Source: Candidatus Parcubacteria bacterium (GTDB lineage: Bacteria > Patescibacteriota > Saccharimonadia > UBA4664 > JBIOIQ01). Taken from it: a DNA stretch of 64,000 nucleotides. Positions 48,478 through 57,818 of the stretch are shown piece after piece; the first letter of the stretch is position 1; each line of letters begins with the position of its first letter. Both the position numbers and the translations under genes were made by a program. The notes under the pieces were generated by a model that was not told the origin of the DNA, ran no database searches, and was given only the letters and a program-made list of their open reading frames with translations. Where the stretch lies: assembly GCA_963718875.1 (NCBI GenBank), contig OY970378.1:1011691-1075690 (forward strand). The letters run 5' to 3'.

Positions 48478-49274
48478 GCACTCCAAAAGTGATAGTTTTA
48501 TCGGGCTATGGGCTCAACTGCGAGGAAGAAACAGCGTTTGCTTTTGGCCTGGCTGGAGCCAAGGCTGATATTGTTCATATTAATGATCTGATTGCTCAAC
48601 CAGCACGGTTGAATGACTATCAAATAATGGCCCTCCCTGGCGGATTTTCATACGGAGACGACACTGGATCTGGTAATGCGTATGCCAATAAACTGCGCCA
48701 CCACCTGGGTGATGCCTTGCATGAGTTTGTAGCCCGGGAGACCTTGCTGATTGGGATTTGTAACGGGTTTCAAATTATCTCTAATTTGGGCCTTGTTCCG
48801 GCCACTGATAAAAGTTATGCAACACCTACGGTCGCTCTAACCACTAACACCAATGCCCGTTACCTCGACCGCTGGGTCGATTTGAAATCGGACAGCCAGT
48901 CGCCCTGGCTAACTGGAATTGGAACATTGTCTCTTCCGATTGCCCATGGCGAAGGCAAGCTATTTACTGACAAAGCAGTTCTTGACGCGTTAAAGGCCAA
49001 TGGGCAAATGGCTCTTAGGTACATGAAAGGTGAGGTTTGCGAATACTTGGATCTACCGGCCAACCCCAACGGATCACTAGAGGACATTGCAGCCATTACT
49101 GATTTGACGGGGCGAATCCTGGGCATGATGCCACATCCAGAACGGGCAATGTTCTTTACTCAGTTGCCACATTGGCCAGCTTTGGCCGACGAATTGCGCC
49201 GTGAAGAAAAACCGCTACCCCAGTCCGGACCAGGGCTACAATTATTCAAAAATGCAGTGGAATGGTTTAGATAA
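48474..49274 (+). CDS. purQ: FGAM synthase glutaminase subunit
   Basis: PGGFSYGD, GICNGFQ, AHGEG, NPNGS, MMPHPER. Confidence 0.97.
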   Translation: MSTPKVIVLSGYGLNCEEETAFAFGLAGAKADIVHINDLIAQPARLNDYQIMALPGGFSYGDDTGSGNAYANKLRHHLGDALHEFVARETLLIGICNGFQIISNLGLVPATDKSYATPTVALTTNTNARYLDRWVDLKSDSQSPWLTGIGTLSLPIAHGEGKLFTDKAVLDALKANGQMALRYMKGEVCEYLDLPANPNGSLEDIAAITDLTGRILGMMPHPERAMFFTQLPHWPALADELRREEKPLPQSGPGLQLFKNAVEWFR

Positions 49275-49352
49275 ACTCGGGTCAGGGAGAAGGAGAACAA
49301 CTTCGTCCCCTTCTCCCTGCGAACTGCTGCATCACTAGGCCGCATTGGCAGC

Positions 49353-49571
49353 CTAGAAGGCCTTGAACGGGAAGAGCTCGATGCCTCCACCGGGCAAGGG
49401 CGCCGTCACGAAGACTCTTTCTGTCGCGTTTGGCCAAACGCATGCCAGAGCCCATAAAGCCGACTGAGCCAACACTAAGGCCTCAGAAAGCGTCATGGGA
49501 TCAGCCGGAAACGGTTTAAAACCTTCTGGGGCTTCGAACGCCACTCCCCAGTGGGCTTTATCGTTAGCCAC
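49353..49571 (-). CDS. GC-rich small hypothetical protein antisense within the pur cluster
   Basis: GGGAG SD; hairpin at 49283-49319. Confidence 0.45.
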   Translation of the reverse strand: MANDKAHWGVAFEAPEGFKPFPADPMTLSEALVLAQSALWALACVWPNATERVFVTAPLPGGGIELFPFKAF

Positions 49572-49631
49572 TTTTAGCTCCCTTCACTCGGTCGGTCATG
49601 CTAATTATGTCCTATGGTAAGATTAAAAACA

Positions 49632-51029
49632 ATGAAACCTGATTACGGGAGCTATCAATCTTATTTAAGTTTTCGGTATAGTTCGCCAGAGATGCGGCGG
49701 ATTTTTGGGGATGAATATAAATATCAAGTGTATCGCAAACTGTGGGTGGCGCTGGCAGAGTCTGAACATAACGCCGGTTTAGTGAGCGCCGAGGAGCTGG
49801 CGGACCTCAAAAAATATCAAAACGACATCGACATTGACCGTATTTACCAAATTGAACGCGAAGAAACCGACCATGTTGAGGTAGCCGCTATTCGAGAATT
49901 TGCCGAGAAAGCTCGGGTGGGCGGAGGTAAGATTCACTTGGGAGCTACCAGCATGGATTTGTCGGACAACGTGGAAGTTGTGCGGCATCATGAGGCCTTG
50001 GATCTGATCGAGACCCGCTTGAAGGATGTCATGGCCGCCTTTTCCGATCAGATCACTGCCCATGCCGATGAGCCGTGCATGGGCTACACTCACTTGCAGC
50101 CGGCCGAGCCCACCACTATTGGCTATCGGCTGGCGTTTTATGTTCAAGACCTGCTGATAGATTTGAAACAGCTGCGATTTGTTCGGGAACACCTGCTCGG
50201 TAAAGGCATGAAGGGGGCGGTGGGAACACGTGCGAGTTATGCCGCGATCTTGAATGGGTCGGGCGTTTCAGCCGCACAGTTGGACGAACAAGTAATGGGG
50301 GCGGTGGGTATAAAGGCAGCTGACGTTACCACCCAGGTGGTCTCACGCAAGATGGAATATTATCTGGTTAACTTACTGGCGAGTATTGGCTCAAGCTTGG
50401 CCAAGTTTGCAGCTGATGTGCGAATTTTGCAATCCCCAGCTTTTGGTGAGTGGAGTGAGCCATTTGGCTCCAAGCAGGTGGGGTCATCGGCTATGCCCTT
50501 CAAAAAAAACCCCATCAAAACAGAGAAAATTTGTTCGCTGGCACGCTACTTGCAAGCGCTGCCGCAGGTGATGTTGGAAAACGCTAGCTTGTCATACCTG
50601 GAACGGACGCTTGATGATTCGGCCAACCGGAGACTGGTTCTTCCGGAAGCTTTTTTACTGGCCGACGACATTTTAATGACCTCTGTAAAAGTGATCCGTG
50701 GGCTGATATATAACCAAGCAAATATCAAACGAAACTTGGATAAGTATGCACCGTTTTCGGCTACGGAGAGCTTTATTATAGAAGCCGTTAACAAAGGGGC
50801 TGACCGTCAAATGATGCATGAACATCTGCGCGACGTGGCCATGAAAGCTTGGGAAGCCGACCAGCCTGGAACTACTATGACAGAGTTGTTACAACACGAT
50901 GCGACTGTGGCAAAATACATAGACCGCACCAAGCTCAATCAACTATTGGACGTTTCGCACCATTTGGGTGATGCCCCCGAACGTGCTCGTCAAATGGTGG
51001 AAACGATTCAAAAGGAAATTAAGTTATGA
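49632..51029 (+). CDS. purB: adenylosuccinate lyase
   Basis: IHLGATS, GYTHLQPAEPTT, GSSAMPFKKNP, ERTLDDS. Confidence 0.96.
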   Translation: MKPDYGSYQSYLSFRYSSPEMRRIFGDEYKYQVYRKLWVALAESEHNAGLVSAEELADLKKYQNDIDIDRIYQIEREETDHVEVAAIREFAEKARVGGGKIHLGATSMDLSDNVEVVRHHEALDLIETRLKDVMAAFSDQITAHADEPCMGYTHLQPAEPTTIGYRLAFYVQDLLIDLKQLRFVREHLLGKGMKGAVGTRASYAAILNGSGVSAAQLDEQVMGAVGIKAADVTTQVVSRKMEYYLVNLLASIGSSLAKFAADVRILQSPAFGEWSEPFGSKQVGSSAMPFKKNPIKTEKICSLARYLQALPQVMLENASLSYLERTLDDSANRRLVLPEAFLLADDILMTSVKVIRGLIYNQANIKRNLDKYAPFSATESFIIEAVNKGADRQMMHEHLRDVAMKAWEADQPGTTMTELLQHDATVAKYIDRTKLNQLLDVSHHLGDAPERARQMVETIQKEIKL

Positions 51030-52144
51030 AGAATCGCATCGGCATCATTGGCGGTGGGCAGCTGGCGCGTATGATGGATGCACCGGCCAAACAACTAGGC
51101 TTTAGCATTGTGGTACTAGATCCCACGCCCGACAGCCCGGCCGGCCAGGTCGTTCATAGGCAAATCGTCGGCGATTACGAAGATGCTGTATCTATTGCGG
51201 CGCTAGGCAAGGAAGCTGATTTTGTGACATTTGAGTCCGAGGTGGCTAACTGGGCTGCCCTTGACGCGTTAAGTGCTCAAGTAAACCCACCTGCATCCAC
51301 TTTAGAAGTTATGGTAAATAAGCTCAAACAAAAACAGCTTTTGCAAAGGTTGGGGGTTACAACGCCCGATTTTCGAGAAGTTTTTGATAGTCAAGGAGTA
51401 CTCAATGCTGCTGCAGAATTGGATTATCCTTTGATGCTCAAAGCCGCCGTTAATGCCTACGATGGGCGCGGAAACTTTTTGATTAATGGTCCAGAAGACG
51501 TTGATATAGCGTTAAACAAATTGGGTGGTCAAGTACTATATGTCGAAAAGTTCGTTCCTTTTAGCAAGGAACTCGCAATTATGGTGGCGCGTAACATTGA
51601 CGGAGAGATTGCCACTCATCCGTTAGTAGAAAATATCCATCGTAACCATATTTTGCACGAGACTTTGGCCCCCGCCCCTGTTAAGGATGATATACGCCAA
51701 AAAGCCGAAAATTTTGCCACTACCGTAATGCATCAGCTCGAAGGAGCGGGAATATTTGGTATTGAAATGTTTTTGACATCAGACGGAGAGGTTCTTATTA
51801 ATGAAATTGCACCACGGGTCCACAATAGCGGACACTATACCATCGAAGCTTGTAAAACCTCTCAGTTTGAGCAGCACATTCGCGCCATCACGGGACTACC
51901 CTTAGGGCAGACCGATATGACCGTCCCTGCTGCAGTCATGGTGAATATTTTGGGCGAACGCAGTGGCCCCGCACAGGTAGACGGCCTCACCAGAGCGCAA
52001 GAAATTCCTGGTGTATCGATACATATATATGGTAAAAAAGACACACGTCCGGAGCGTAAGATGGGACACATTACAGCCGTGGCCAAGACGCTAGATGCAG
52101 CGCTGGCTAACGCGCGTGCCGCCCGGGCATTAATAAGGATTTAA
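51026..52144 (+). CDS. purK: N5-CAIR synthetase
   Basis: IGGGQLARM, YDGRG, NEIAPRVHNSGH, RKMGH. Confidence 0.96.
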   Translation: MKNRIGIIGGGQLARMMDAPAKQLGFSIVVLDPTPDSPAGQVVHRQIVGDYEDAVSIAALGKEADFVTFESEVANWAALDALSAQVNPPASTLEVMVNKLKQKQLLQRLGVTTPDFREVFDSQGVLNAAAELDYPLMLKAAVNAYDGRGNFLINGPEDVDIALNKLGGQVLYVEKFVPFSKELAIMVARNIDGEIATHPLVENIHRNHILHETLAPAPVKDDIRQKAENFATTVMHQLEGAGIFGIEMFLTSDGEVLINEIAPRVHNSGHYTIEACKTSQFEQHIRAITGLPLGQTDMTVPAAVMVNILGERSGPAQVDGLTRAQEIPGVSIHIYGKKDTRPERKMGHITAVAKTLDAALANARAARALIRI

Positions 52145-52147
52145 TCT

Positions 52148-52669
52148 ATGGCAGACCCAATTGTAGGAATTATTATGGGCTCAGATTCTGATTTACCGTT
52201 AATGTCGGGGGCGGCCGAAGTACTTGAGAAACTTGGCATCGCTAGTGAAGTCACTATTATTTCAGCCCACCGCACACCGGAACGCATGTTTGAATATGCC
52301 CAAACTGCTCACGAACGAGGGATCAAAGTAATTATTGCTGGCGCAGGTGGAGCAGTGCACTTGCCCGGCATGGTTGCCGCCTTGGCTCCCCTGCCCGTTA
52401 TTGGTGTACCTAGAGCACTGAAAAATTTGGACGGTTTAGATTCGCTTTTATCAATTGTACAAATGCCGCCCGGTATTCCCGTAGCTACAATCTCAATAGA
52501 CGGAGCTAAAAACGCTGGGCTACTTGCGGCGCGGATTTTGGCAGTAAACGACGAGACTTTATGGCAAAGTCTCGTCGAATATCAGTCCAACTTGAAAAAT
52601 GAGGTATTGAAAAAAGCTAAGAAACTCGAGAGCATTGGCTATGAGTCTTACTTGGAAGAACAACAATAA
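52148..52669 (+). CDS. purE: N5-CAIR mutase
   Basis: [31 protein letters not shown]. Confidence 0.97.
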   Translation: MADPIVGIIMGSDSDLPLMSGAAEVLEKLGIASEVTIISAHRTPERMFEYAQTAHERGIKVIIAGAGGAVHLPGMVAALAPLPVIGVPRALKNLDGLDSLLSIVQMPPGIPVATISIDGAKNAGLLAARILAVNDETLWQSLVEYQSNLKNEVLKKAKKLESIGYESYLEEQQ

Positions 52670-52688
52670 TGTCATTTCAACTTACTTC

Positions 52689-52761
52689 TGTCATCCTCCG
52701 GCTTGACAGGAGGATCTATCTGGATACGTGCTTCGGCCCTTCGACAAGCTCAGGGAGTAAA
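52689..52761. repeat. REP-like composite
   Basis: TGTCATCCTCCGGCTTGACAGGAGGATCT...CCCTTCGACAAGCTCAGGG. Confidence 0.65.
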
Positions 52762-52778
52762 TTGGAGGGTAAAGTATC

Positions 52779-53756
52779 GTGATTTCAAAGAAAGACATTA
52801 TTGCCGCCATCCCTCACGCGCTAGAGGCGGTGGACTTGCCGGGATTGGGACCAAAACAAAATGGAAAGGTGCGGGACTTTTACGCCTATGGCGGTAAGCG
52901 AATCACTGTAACTACTGACCGCCAATCGGCCTTTGACCAAATGTTGGGACATGTGCCGTTTAAGGGGTCGGTCTTAAATTTGCTGGCGGCCTGGTGGTTT
53001 GAGCAAACTCGGGCGATTGTGCCAAATCATCTGGTGTCCGTTCCGGATCCTAATGTTTTGGTGTCGCAGGAGTGCCAGGCGATTCCGGTGGAGATGATTG
53101 TGCGCGGATACATGAGCGGGGTGACCAAAACGTCGATTTGGTACTCCTACCAACAAGGTGAGCGACAGATTTACGGGTTGGATTTTCCAGATGGGTTGGT
53201 CAAAAATCAGGAGCTACCATCGCCAGCGATTACACCCACGACTCATGGTGGAGGGGCCGATGGGCACGACGAGCGATTGACGCGGGATGAGATCATTGGT
53301 CGAGAAATTGTCGAGGAATCACTGTACAAAGAGATGGAGAGGGCCAGTCTGGAACTGTTCAAATTTGGCGGCGAAAGAGCCAAGGAGCGAGGGTTGATTC
53401 TGGTAGATACCAAATACGAATTTGGGCTTTATGAAGGTAAACTGATGTTGATTGATGAGGTTCATACGCCAGATTCGTCGCGGTTCTGGAAGGCTGGTAG
53501 TTACCATGAACTACTCTCGGCTGGGCAAGAACCGGAAAATTTTGATAAGGAGTTTATTCGGCTGTGGTACGCAGACAAAGGCTACCGTGGTGACGGACCA
53601 GCCGAACCGATGAGTAAAGACTTGGTTGTTCAGGCTGCCGAGCGATACATTGGCGTATACGAGATGCTGACCGGGAAGACGTTTGAGCCTTATGAGTATC
53701 CGATTGAAGAGCGAATTCAAGAGTCGGTTCGGAGCTACATCAATGGCAGCGGTTGA
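52779..53756 (+). CDS. purC: SAICAR synthetase
   Basis: GKVRD, TDRQSAFD, LVDTKYEFG, DEVHTPDSSRFW, FDKEFIR. Confidence 0.97.
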   Translation: MISKKDIIAAIPHALEAVDLPGLGPKQNGKVRDFYAYGGKRITVTTDRQSAFDQMLGHVPFKGSVLNLLAAWWFEQTRAIVPNHLVSVPDPNVLVSQECQAIPVEMIVRGYMSGVTKTSIWYSYQQGERQIYGLDFPDGLVKNQELPSPAITPTTHGGGADGHDERLTRDEIIGREIVEESLYKEMERASLELFKFGGERAKERGLILVDTKYEFGLYEGKLMLIDEVHTPDSSRFWKAGSYHELLSAGQEPENFDKEFIRLWYADKGYRGDGPAEPMSKDLVVQAAERYIGVYEMLTGKTFEPYEYPIEERIQESVRSYINGSG

Positions 53757-54636
53757 AGCAAAATTAGCGGCCGCCAAAGCTACCCGCAAGATGGCGGCCG
53801 ACTCACTACACCAGGCCTTGAGCGATCTTTTGCCGGGTTCTGAACCGATTTCCGAGGTGCGCTTACGCGACCGGTGGCTGACGATTATGCGCTCGAGTGG
53901 TACGATTTACGATGATGGCTGGTACATGCCGCCGCCACATGGTATGGCGGTGCTTTTTAGCACGGATGAGGACATTTCGCGGACCAATTTCGAGGTGTTA
54001 AGGCCAGAACCCATCTGGGCTCGAGATGATATTTTTCTTGATCGTGGCAGAGGAATCATTATGGTTTATGCCTCTCCCGTTGATAGGTCGTCCCATATGA
54101 TCGGCGACTTTGAAATGATGTTATATTTTGGCGACAAGAAGTCAATTAAGGACCATTTTGCAAAGGTGCTGGCCCTTGACTACCAGGTATTTCAAAAAGT
54201 TATTGTAGGAATGACGCTGTCAGAAGTTACGGAGCTGGCAGAGTCATCGATGAGCGAGCTAGGTTTAGTGAATAATGTAGTAAGTCTCAATGATCCGGCC
54301 GGGACGAACATTGGGCATACTGTTCCGTCGACCGATCAGGATTGGACGACAGAAGAAAACGCTGTTTTTGCTCAAGGCGATTGGAAAAAAAGTTTGGACG
54401 TTATTGCCAAAAAACGCCGATTTGTAAATAAGACTGAGCAGTTCAAAGTTCAGCCAGGCCTGGGTTTCAATATCGAGCCGCGACCATTGTCAAAAGATGA
54501 TCCCAGTATCCCGATGGCATCATTTCATACTACGGTTCTGGTCCATGAAGACGGCCGCAACGAGCTGTTGACTAATTTTGATGAATTATTTGAACTGGCT
54601 GGGATGGATTACATGCCATGGTTAGCGGACTTCTAA
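53743..54636 (+). CDS. M24 peptidase (pita-bread) fold-like protein
   Basis: ISEVRL, GDF, NIGHT, NIEP, FHT spaced like M24 metal ligands. Confidence 0.6.
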   Translation: MAAVEAKLAAAKATRKMAADSLHQALSDLLPGSEPISEVRLRDRWLTIMRSSGTIYDDGWYMPPPHGMAVLFSTDEDISRTNFEVLRPEPIWARDDIFLDRGRGIIMVYASPVDRSSHMIGDFEMMLYFGDKKSIKDHFAKVLALDYQVFQKVIVGMTLSEVTELAESSMSELGLVNNVVSLNDPAGTNIGHTVPSTDQDWTTEENAVFAQGDWKKSLDVIAKKRRFVNKTEQFKVQPGLGFNIEPRPLSKDDPSIPMASFHTTVLVHEDGRNELLTNFDELFELAGMDYMPWLADF

Positions 54637-55722
54637 GTCGCTACCGGCGTAGGTAATGCCGAGGGGTTTGATAATGACTTGTTTGGGTCCTGACTCAACC
54701 CGACCGGCGTCCCAGGCTTTAAAACCAGAATCGGCGGCGGTTTTTAGCACCGTTTTCACGTCTGCCTCTGGCACATAAATAGCGAATCCTGTTCCCATAT
54801 TATAAGTGCCATACATATCTTTAGTGTCATTGCCAGAGTGTTCTTCGATAAGATCGAATACCGGGTCTACTGGTGGTAACTGCGTCATAACATAGCTAAA
54901 TTCACCAGGTGCCCGCATCAGCTTGCGCCAACCATGGCCGCTAACATGAACCATGTAATGAATTTTGACTCCCGCTTTAAAAACATCTTGAACGACTTGG
55001 GCATAAATATGTGACGGCTTGAGAACGGCCTCCCCAAACAGGGTCCCGTCCGGCAATTTTGTGGCATACCCATCAGGCAAATTGTCGGCAACTTTGCGAG
55101 CAAGAGACAGGCCATTAGTATGAATACCATTGCTTTCAATTAACACAATGCGGTCACCCGCCTCAAGTTTGTCTCCCAACACCAGGCGCTCTTTGGGGTT
55201 AATAATTCCAATGCACGCCCCGCCAATATCGATGGTAGTTGGCTCGATTATGCCACTTAAACCCGGTGTTTCTCCCCCGCCCCAGGTAGCTCCAGCATCA
55301 ACGCAGGCATCGCCCCAACCATTTACTAAGTCTCGGGCGCGTTCCACGTCGTCATGCCAGCTTGAGTCCCCTACTCCCCAATAGGCGTTGACTACTAAAG
55401 GCTTGGCTCCAACTACAACCACATCGTTCACAATCGCTGCTACGGCGTCTTTACCAATGGCATCGTAATAGGTTTTACCAGTAACTTGGCGCATCGCATC
55501 GGCCACCAAATTTTTAGTTCCTAAACCTTCTACGACGAAGGCAGAATAACTGTCCCCGGTGTCCCAAACGTAGGCCGATTCACCGCGACTGACTCCGAGC
55601 TCCTTCATCCCAATATTCTCCAGCATCGATGATGTGCCCGCAGCTTTAGCTTGAGCCAAACGTTTCATAGAATCTAGCTGTGAATAATTTACCCCAGACT
55701 CAGCATAGGAAATCTTTTTCAT
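54622..55722 (-). CDS. purM: phosphoribosylformylglycinamidine cyclo-ligase (AIR synthase)
   Basis: YAESGV, EGLGTK, GGET, SNGIHTNG, YNMGTG. Confidence 0.95.
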   Translation of the reverse strand: MKKISYAESGVNYSQLDSMKRLAQAKAAGTSSMLENIGMKELGVSRGESAYVWDTGDSYSAFVVEGLGTKNLVADAMRQVTGKTYYDAIGKDAVAAIVNDVVVVGAKPLVVNAYWGVGDSSWHDDVERARDLVNGWGDACVDAGATWGGGETPGLSGIIEPTTIDIGGACIGIINPKERLVLGDKLEAGDRIVLIESNGIHTNGLSLARKVADNLPDGYATKLPDGTLFGEAVLKPSHIYAQVVQDVFKAGVKIHYMVHVSGHGWRKLMRAPGEFSYVMTQLPPVDPVFDLIEEHSGNDTKDMYGTYNMGTGFAIYVPEADVKTVLKTAADSGFKAWDAGRVESGPKQVIIKPLGITYAGSDLEVR

Positions 55723-55887
55723 TGAATAAAGCTTAACATAAATAGCCTGCTCTCTGATCCTAAGCTCTAACATTATTGCCGTAACTTTTTTAAAAAATCT
55801 TTTTATAATGTCTGTAAGCTATGTCCTTTTTCATGGGCTTTATGGCGCGAGCCATGTCCTTCCAGCTATGCTTTTGCCCACTTCGCA

Positions 55888-55915
55888 TTTTCATATCATA
55901 TACGATATGAAAATC
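55888..55915. repeat. AT-rich palindrome between purN and purM
   Basis: ATTTTCATATC-ATATAC-GATATGAAAAT. Confidence 0.6.
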
Positions 55916-56026
55916 GCAACTTAGTAAAAGTCTTAGACGAGCCTAATTGTTTAAAAAATGTTTATCCCTGGGATTAACCTTGAGCCTAAAAAAACGATAC
56001 CAACTCTCTTATTAAAAAGTCTTTTG

Positions 56027-56617
56027 TTATTTCAAGACTAAATTACCAGCCAAAATATCGCGAACGACTTGCGGATACAATTTGCGCTCTTCGGCCTTAA
56101 TCCGCTCCCACAACATTTCGACATCATCGCCCGGAAACACCGGAACAGTTTTTTGAGCTACAATGGAGCGTGAATTATCTACATCAGCAGTCGCCACATG
56201 GATAGTACAGCCGGTTTCGACCACTCGCGCATCCAGCGCCGCTTGAATCACGTGTTTACCATACAAGCCCTTAAAGGCCGGTAATAATGCGGGGTGGGTG
56301 TTTAGTAACATTCCGGCATACTTATCAAAAAAAGCGGATCCTAAAATAGTGTCAAAACCGGCCATGGCCGTCAGGCTAATGCCGACTTTATTCAATATTG
56401 ATGCTACTTTAACGGAAAAACCCGGACGGTCCCAAGCAGCTCCATGAGCAAAACCAAACTTTCGACGGTCTACAATTATAACCGGAATACCCGCAGCTTC
56501 AGCAATTTCAATTGCCCTGCAAGCCCGATCGGCTAGAACAAGATCTGGCCTCATCGCTTCCGCAATCATTGACTCCAAGATTGTGCCGCTACCAGATACG
56601 AGTACTGCCCATTTCAT
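56027..56617 (-). CDS. purN: phosphoribosylglycinamide formyltransferase
   Basis: VSGSGT, MAGF, NTHPALLPAFKG, TGCTIH. Confidence 0.95.
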   Translation of the reverse strand: MKWAVLVSGSGTILESMIAEAMRPDLVLADRACRAIEIAEAAGIPVIIVDRRKFGFAHGAAWDRPGFSVKVASILNKVGISLTAMAGFDTILGSAFFDKYAGMLLNTHPALLPAFKGLYGKHVIQAALDARVVETGCTIHVATADVDNSRSIVAQKTVPVFPGDDVEMLWERIKAEERKLYPQVVRDILAGNLVLK

Positions 56618-56669
56618 GCTAGTACTATACTAAACCGCAAGCTAAATCAAAATAGCTATTTAACCTAGC

Positions 56670-56822
56670 TTAAAGGCCTTTTTTACGACCCGTTACCATG
56701 TTGTATATGAACACAACCAGCGCCACTACAAGCAACAAGTGGATTAGCCCGCTGGAAATATGAAACGCTAAAAAGCCCAGCAACCATAAAATAACTAATA
56801 CTGCGGCGATTGTGGTAAGCAT
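56670..56822 (-). CDS. lmo0937/DUF5670-like small membrane protein (not in ORF track)
   Basis: MLTTIAAVLVILWLLGFLAFHISSGLIHLLLVVALVVFIYNMVTGRKKGL, GAGG SD. Confidence 0.8.
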   Translation of the reverse strand: MLTTIAAVLVILWLLGFLAFHISSGLIHLLLVVALVVFIYNMVTGRKKGL

Positions 56823-57079
56823 GGTACGCACCTCTTGTTAATTACAATTTAATTATAAGCCAAGCAAGCATCATATCCATTAGGCATAATTACAATTAAG
56901 GCTCATTTTTGTGTGGGAATATTGCCTAGGGGAAGATTATTAGGGCAATGGCTAGAGCCGCGATCACACCTAATATGGAAATACAGCACCCCTCAGCCGC
57001 AAGCTCCAGCGGTTGGCTGGGATACTTGCGAACTGAGGGGTTGAGGGATGAGAGCGGGGTGTATCGGACTTGCATGGTG

Positions 57080-57361
57080 CTAGGCTGCCTCGACGCCGTC
57101 GACATGGACGGTGAACGGGAAGTCATGAGCCATATCGGCTTCGAACCTCAGCCTTTCAGCGATGAACTTGGGACTTTCACCTGTAAACACGCTGAGTGCC
57201 GTAATTAGTCCGGTGACCTCTCCAGATTCTTGGCCGGCTCGAAAACCTGTACGCCACTCCACTGATGGCCCTTGTGGTCCATCGGGAGCAACAGTGAGTC
57301 CGGCTCTCTGAGTGCTGAGTGCATTGAGGAGAAAGCCTTCGATTATGGCCTCGACGCTCAT
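57080..57361 (-). CDS. GC-rich hypothetical protein
   Basis: ATGA overlap with the upstream ORF; hairpin at ~56985-57042. Confidence 0.5.
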   Translation of the reverse strand: MSVEAIIEGFLLNALSTQRAGLTVAPDGPQGPSVEWRTGFRAGQESGEVTGLITALSVFTGESPKFIAERLRFEADMAHDFPFTVHVDGVEAA

Positions 57362-57549
57362 GACGCCGCCGGTCGGTCCGCTATCTTGTCCTGCAGTGTA
57401 CGCAGGTGGGCCAGTACTGCCGGTATCAGCGAGTTGTCGTGGCCTCTGGGGCAACGGGAGTGAGGATTGGTGTCATGAGCCGGTGGGGCGACTAGGTCGG
57501 CCGGAAGCCAACAGGTGGGGCAGGGTATGGTCTCCTCGTCAAAAGACAT
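57358..57549 (-). CDS. small Zn-ribbon-like protein
   Basis: AAGGAAAG SD; CPTC...CPRGH. Confidence 0.55.
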   Translation of the reverse strand: MSFDEETIPCPTCWLPADLVAPPAHDTNPHSRCPRGHDNSLIPAVLAHLRTLQDKIADRPAAS

Positions 57550-57818
57550 AGCTTCTTTCCTTTCTAGTCCGTTCCGGTGGAACGTAGGGTCTAGCGGAAT
57601 ACTACAGACTCTCGTGTTGATCTTAAGAGAATTTGCAGCTTGGTCCTTGTGAAAAATCATAAGTACAAAGCTACAAATGCTCCACCTGTCAAAAAGCGCA
57701 TTAGAGCCCAAAGTTAGCACAACAGCTATAAAAAGGCAATGCTTTTGCTAGGTTTGCCACATAGAAAACAGCAAGCTTTAAAAAGAAAAAAGCGCCAAAA
57801 AGTCGTACAATAAAATTA

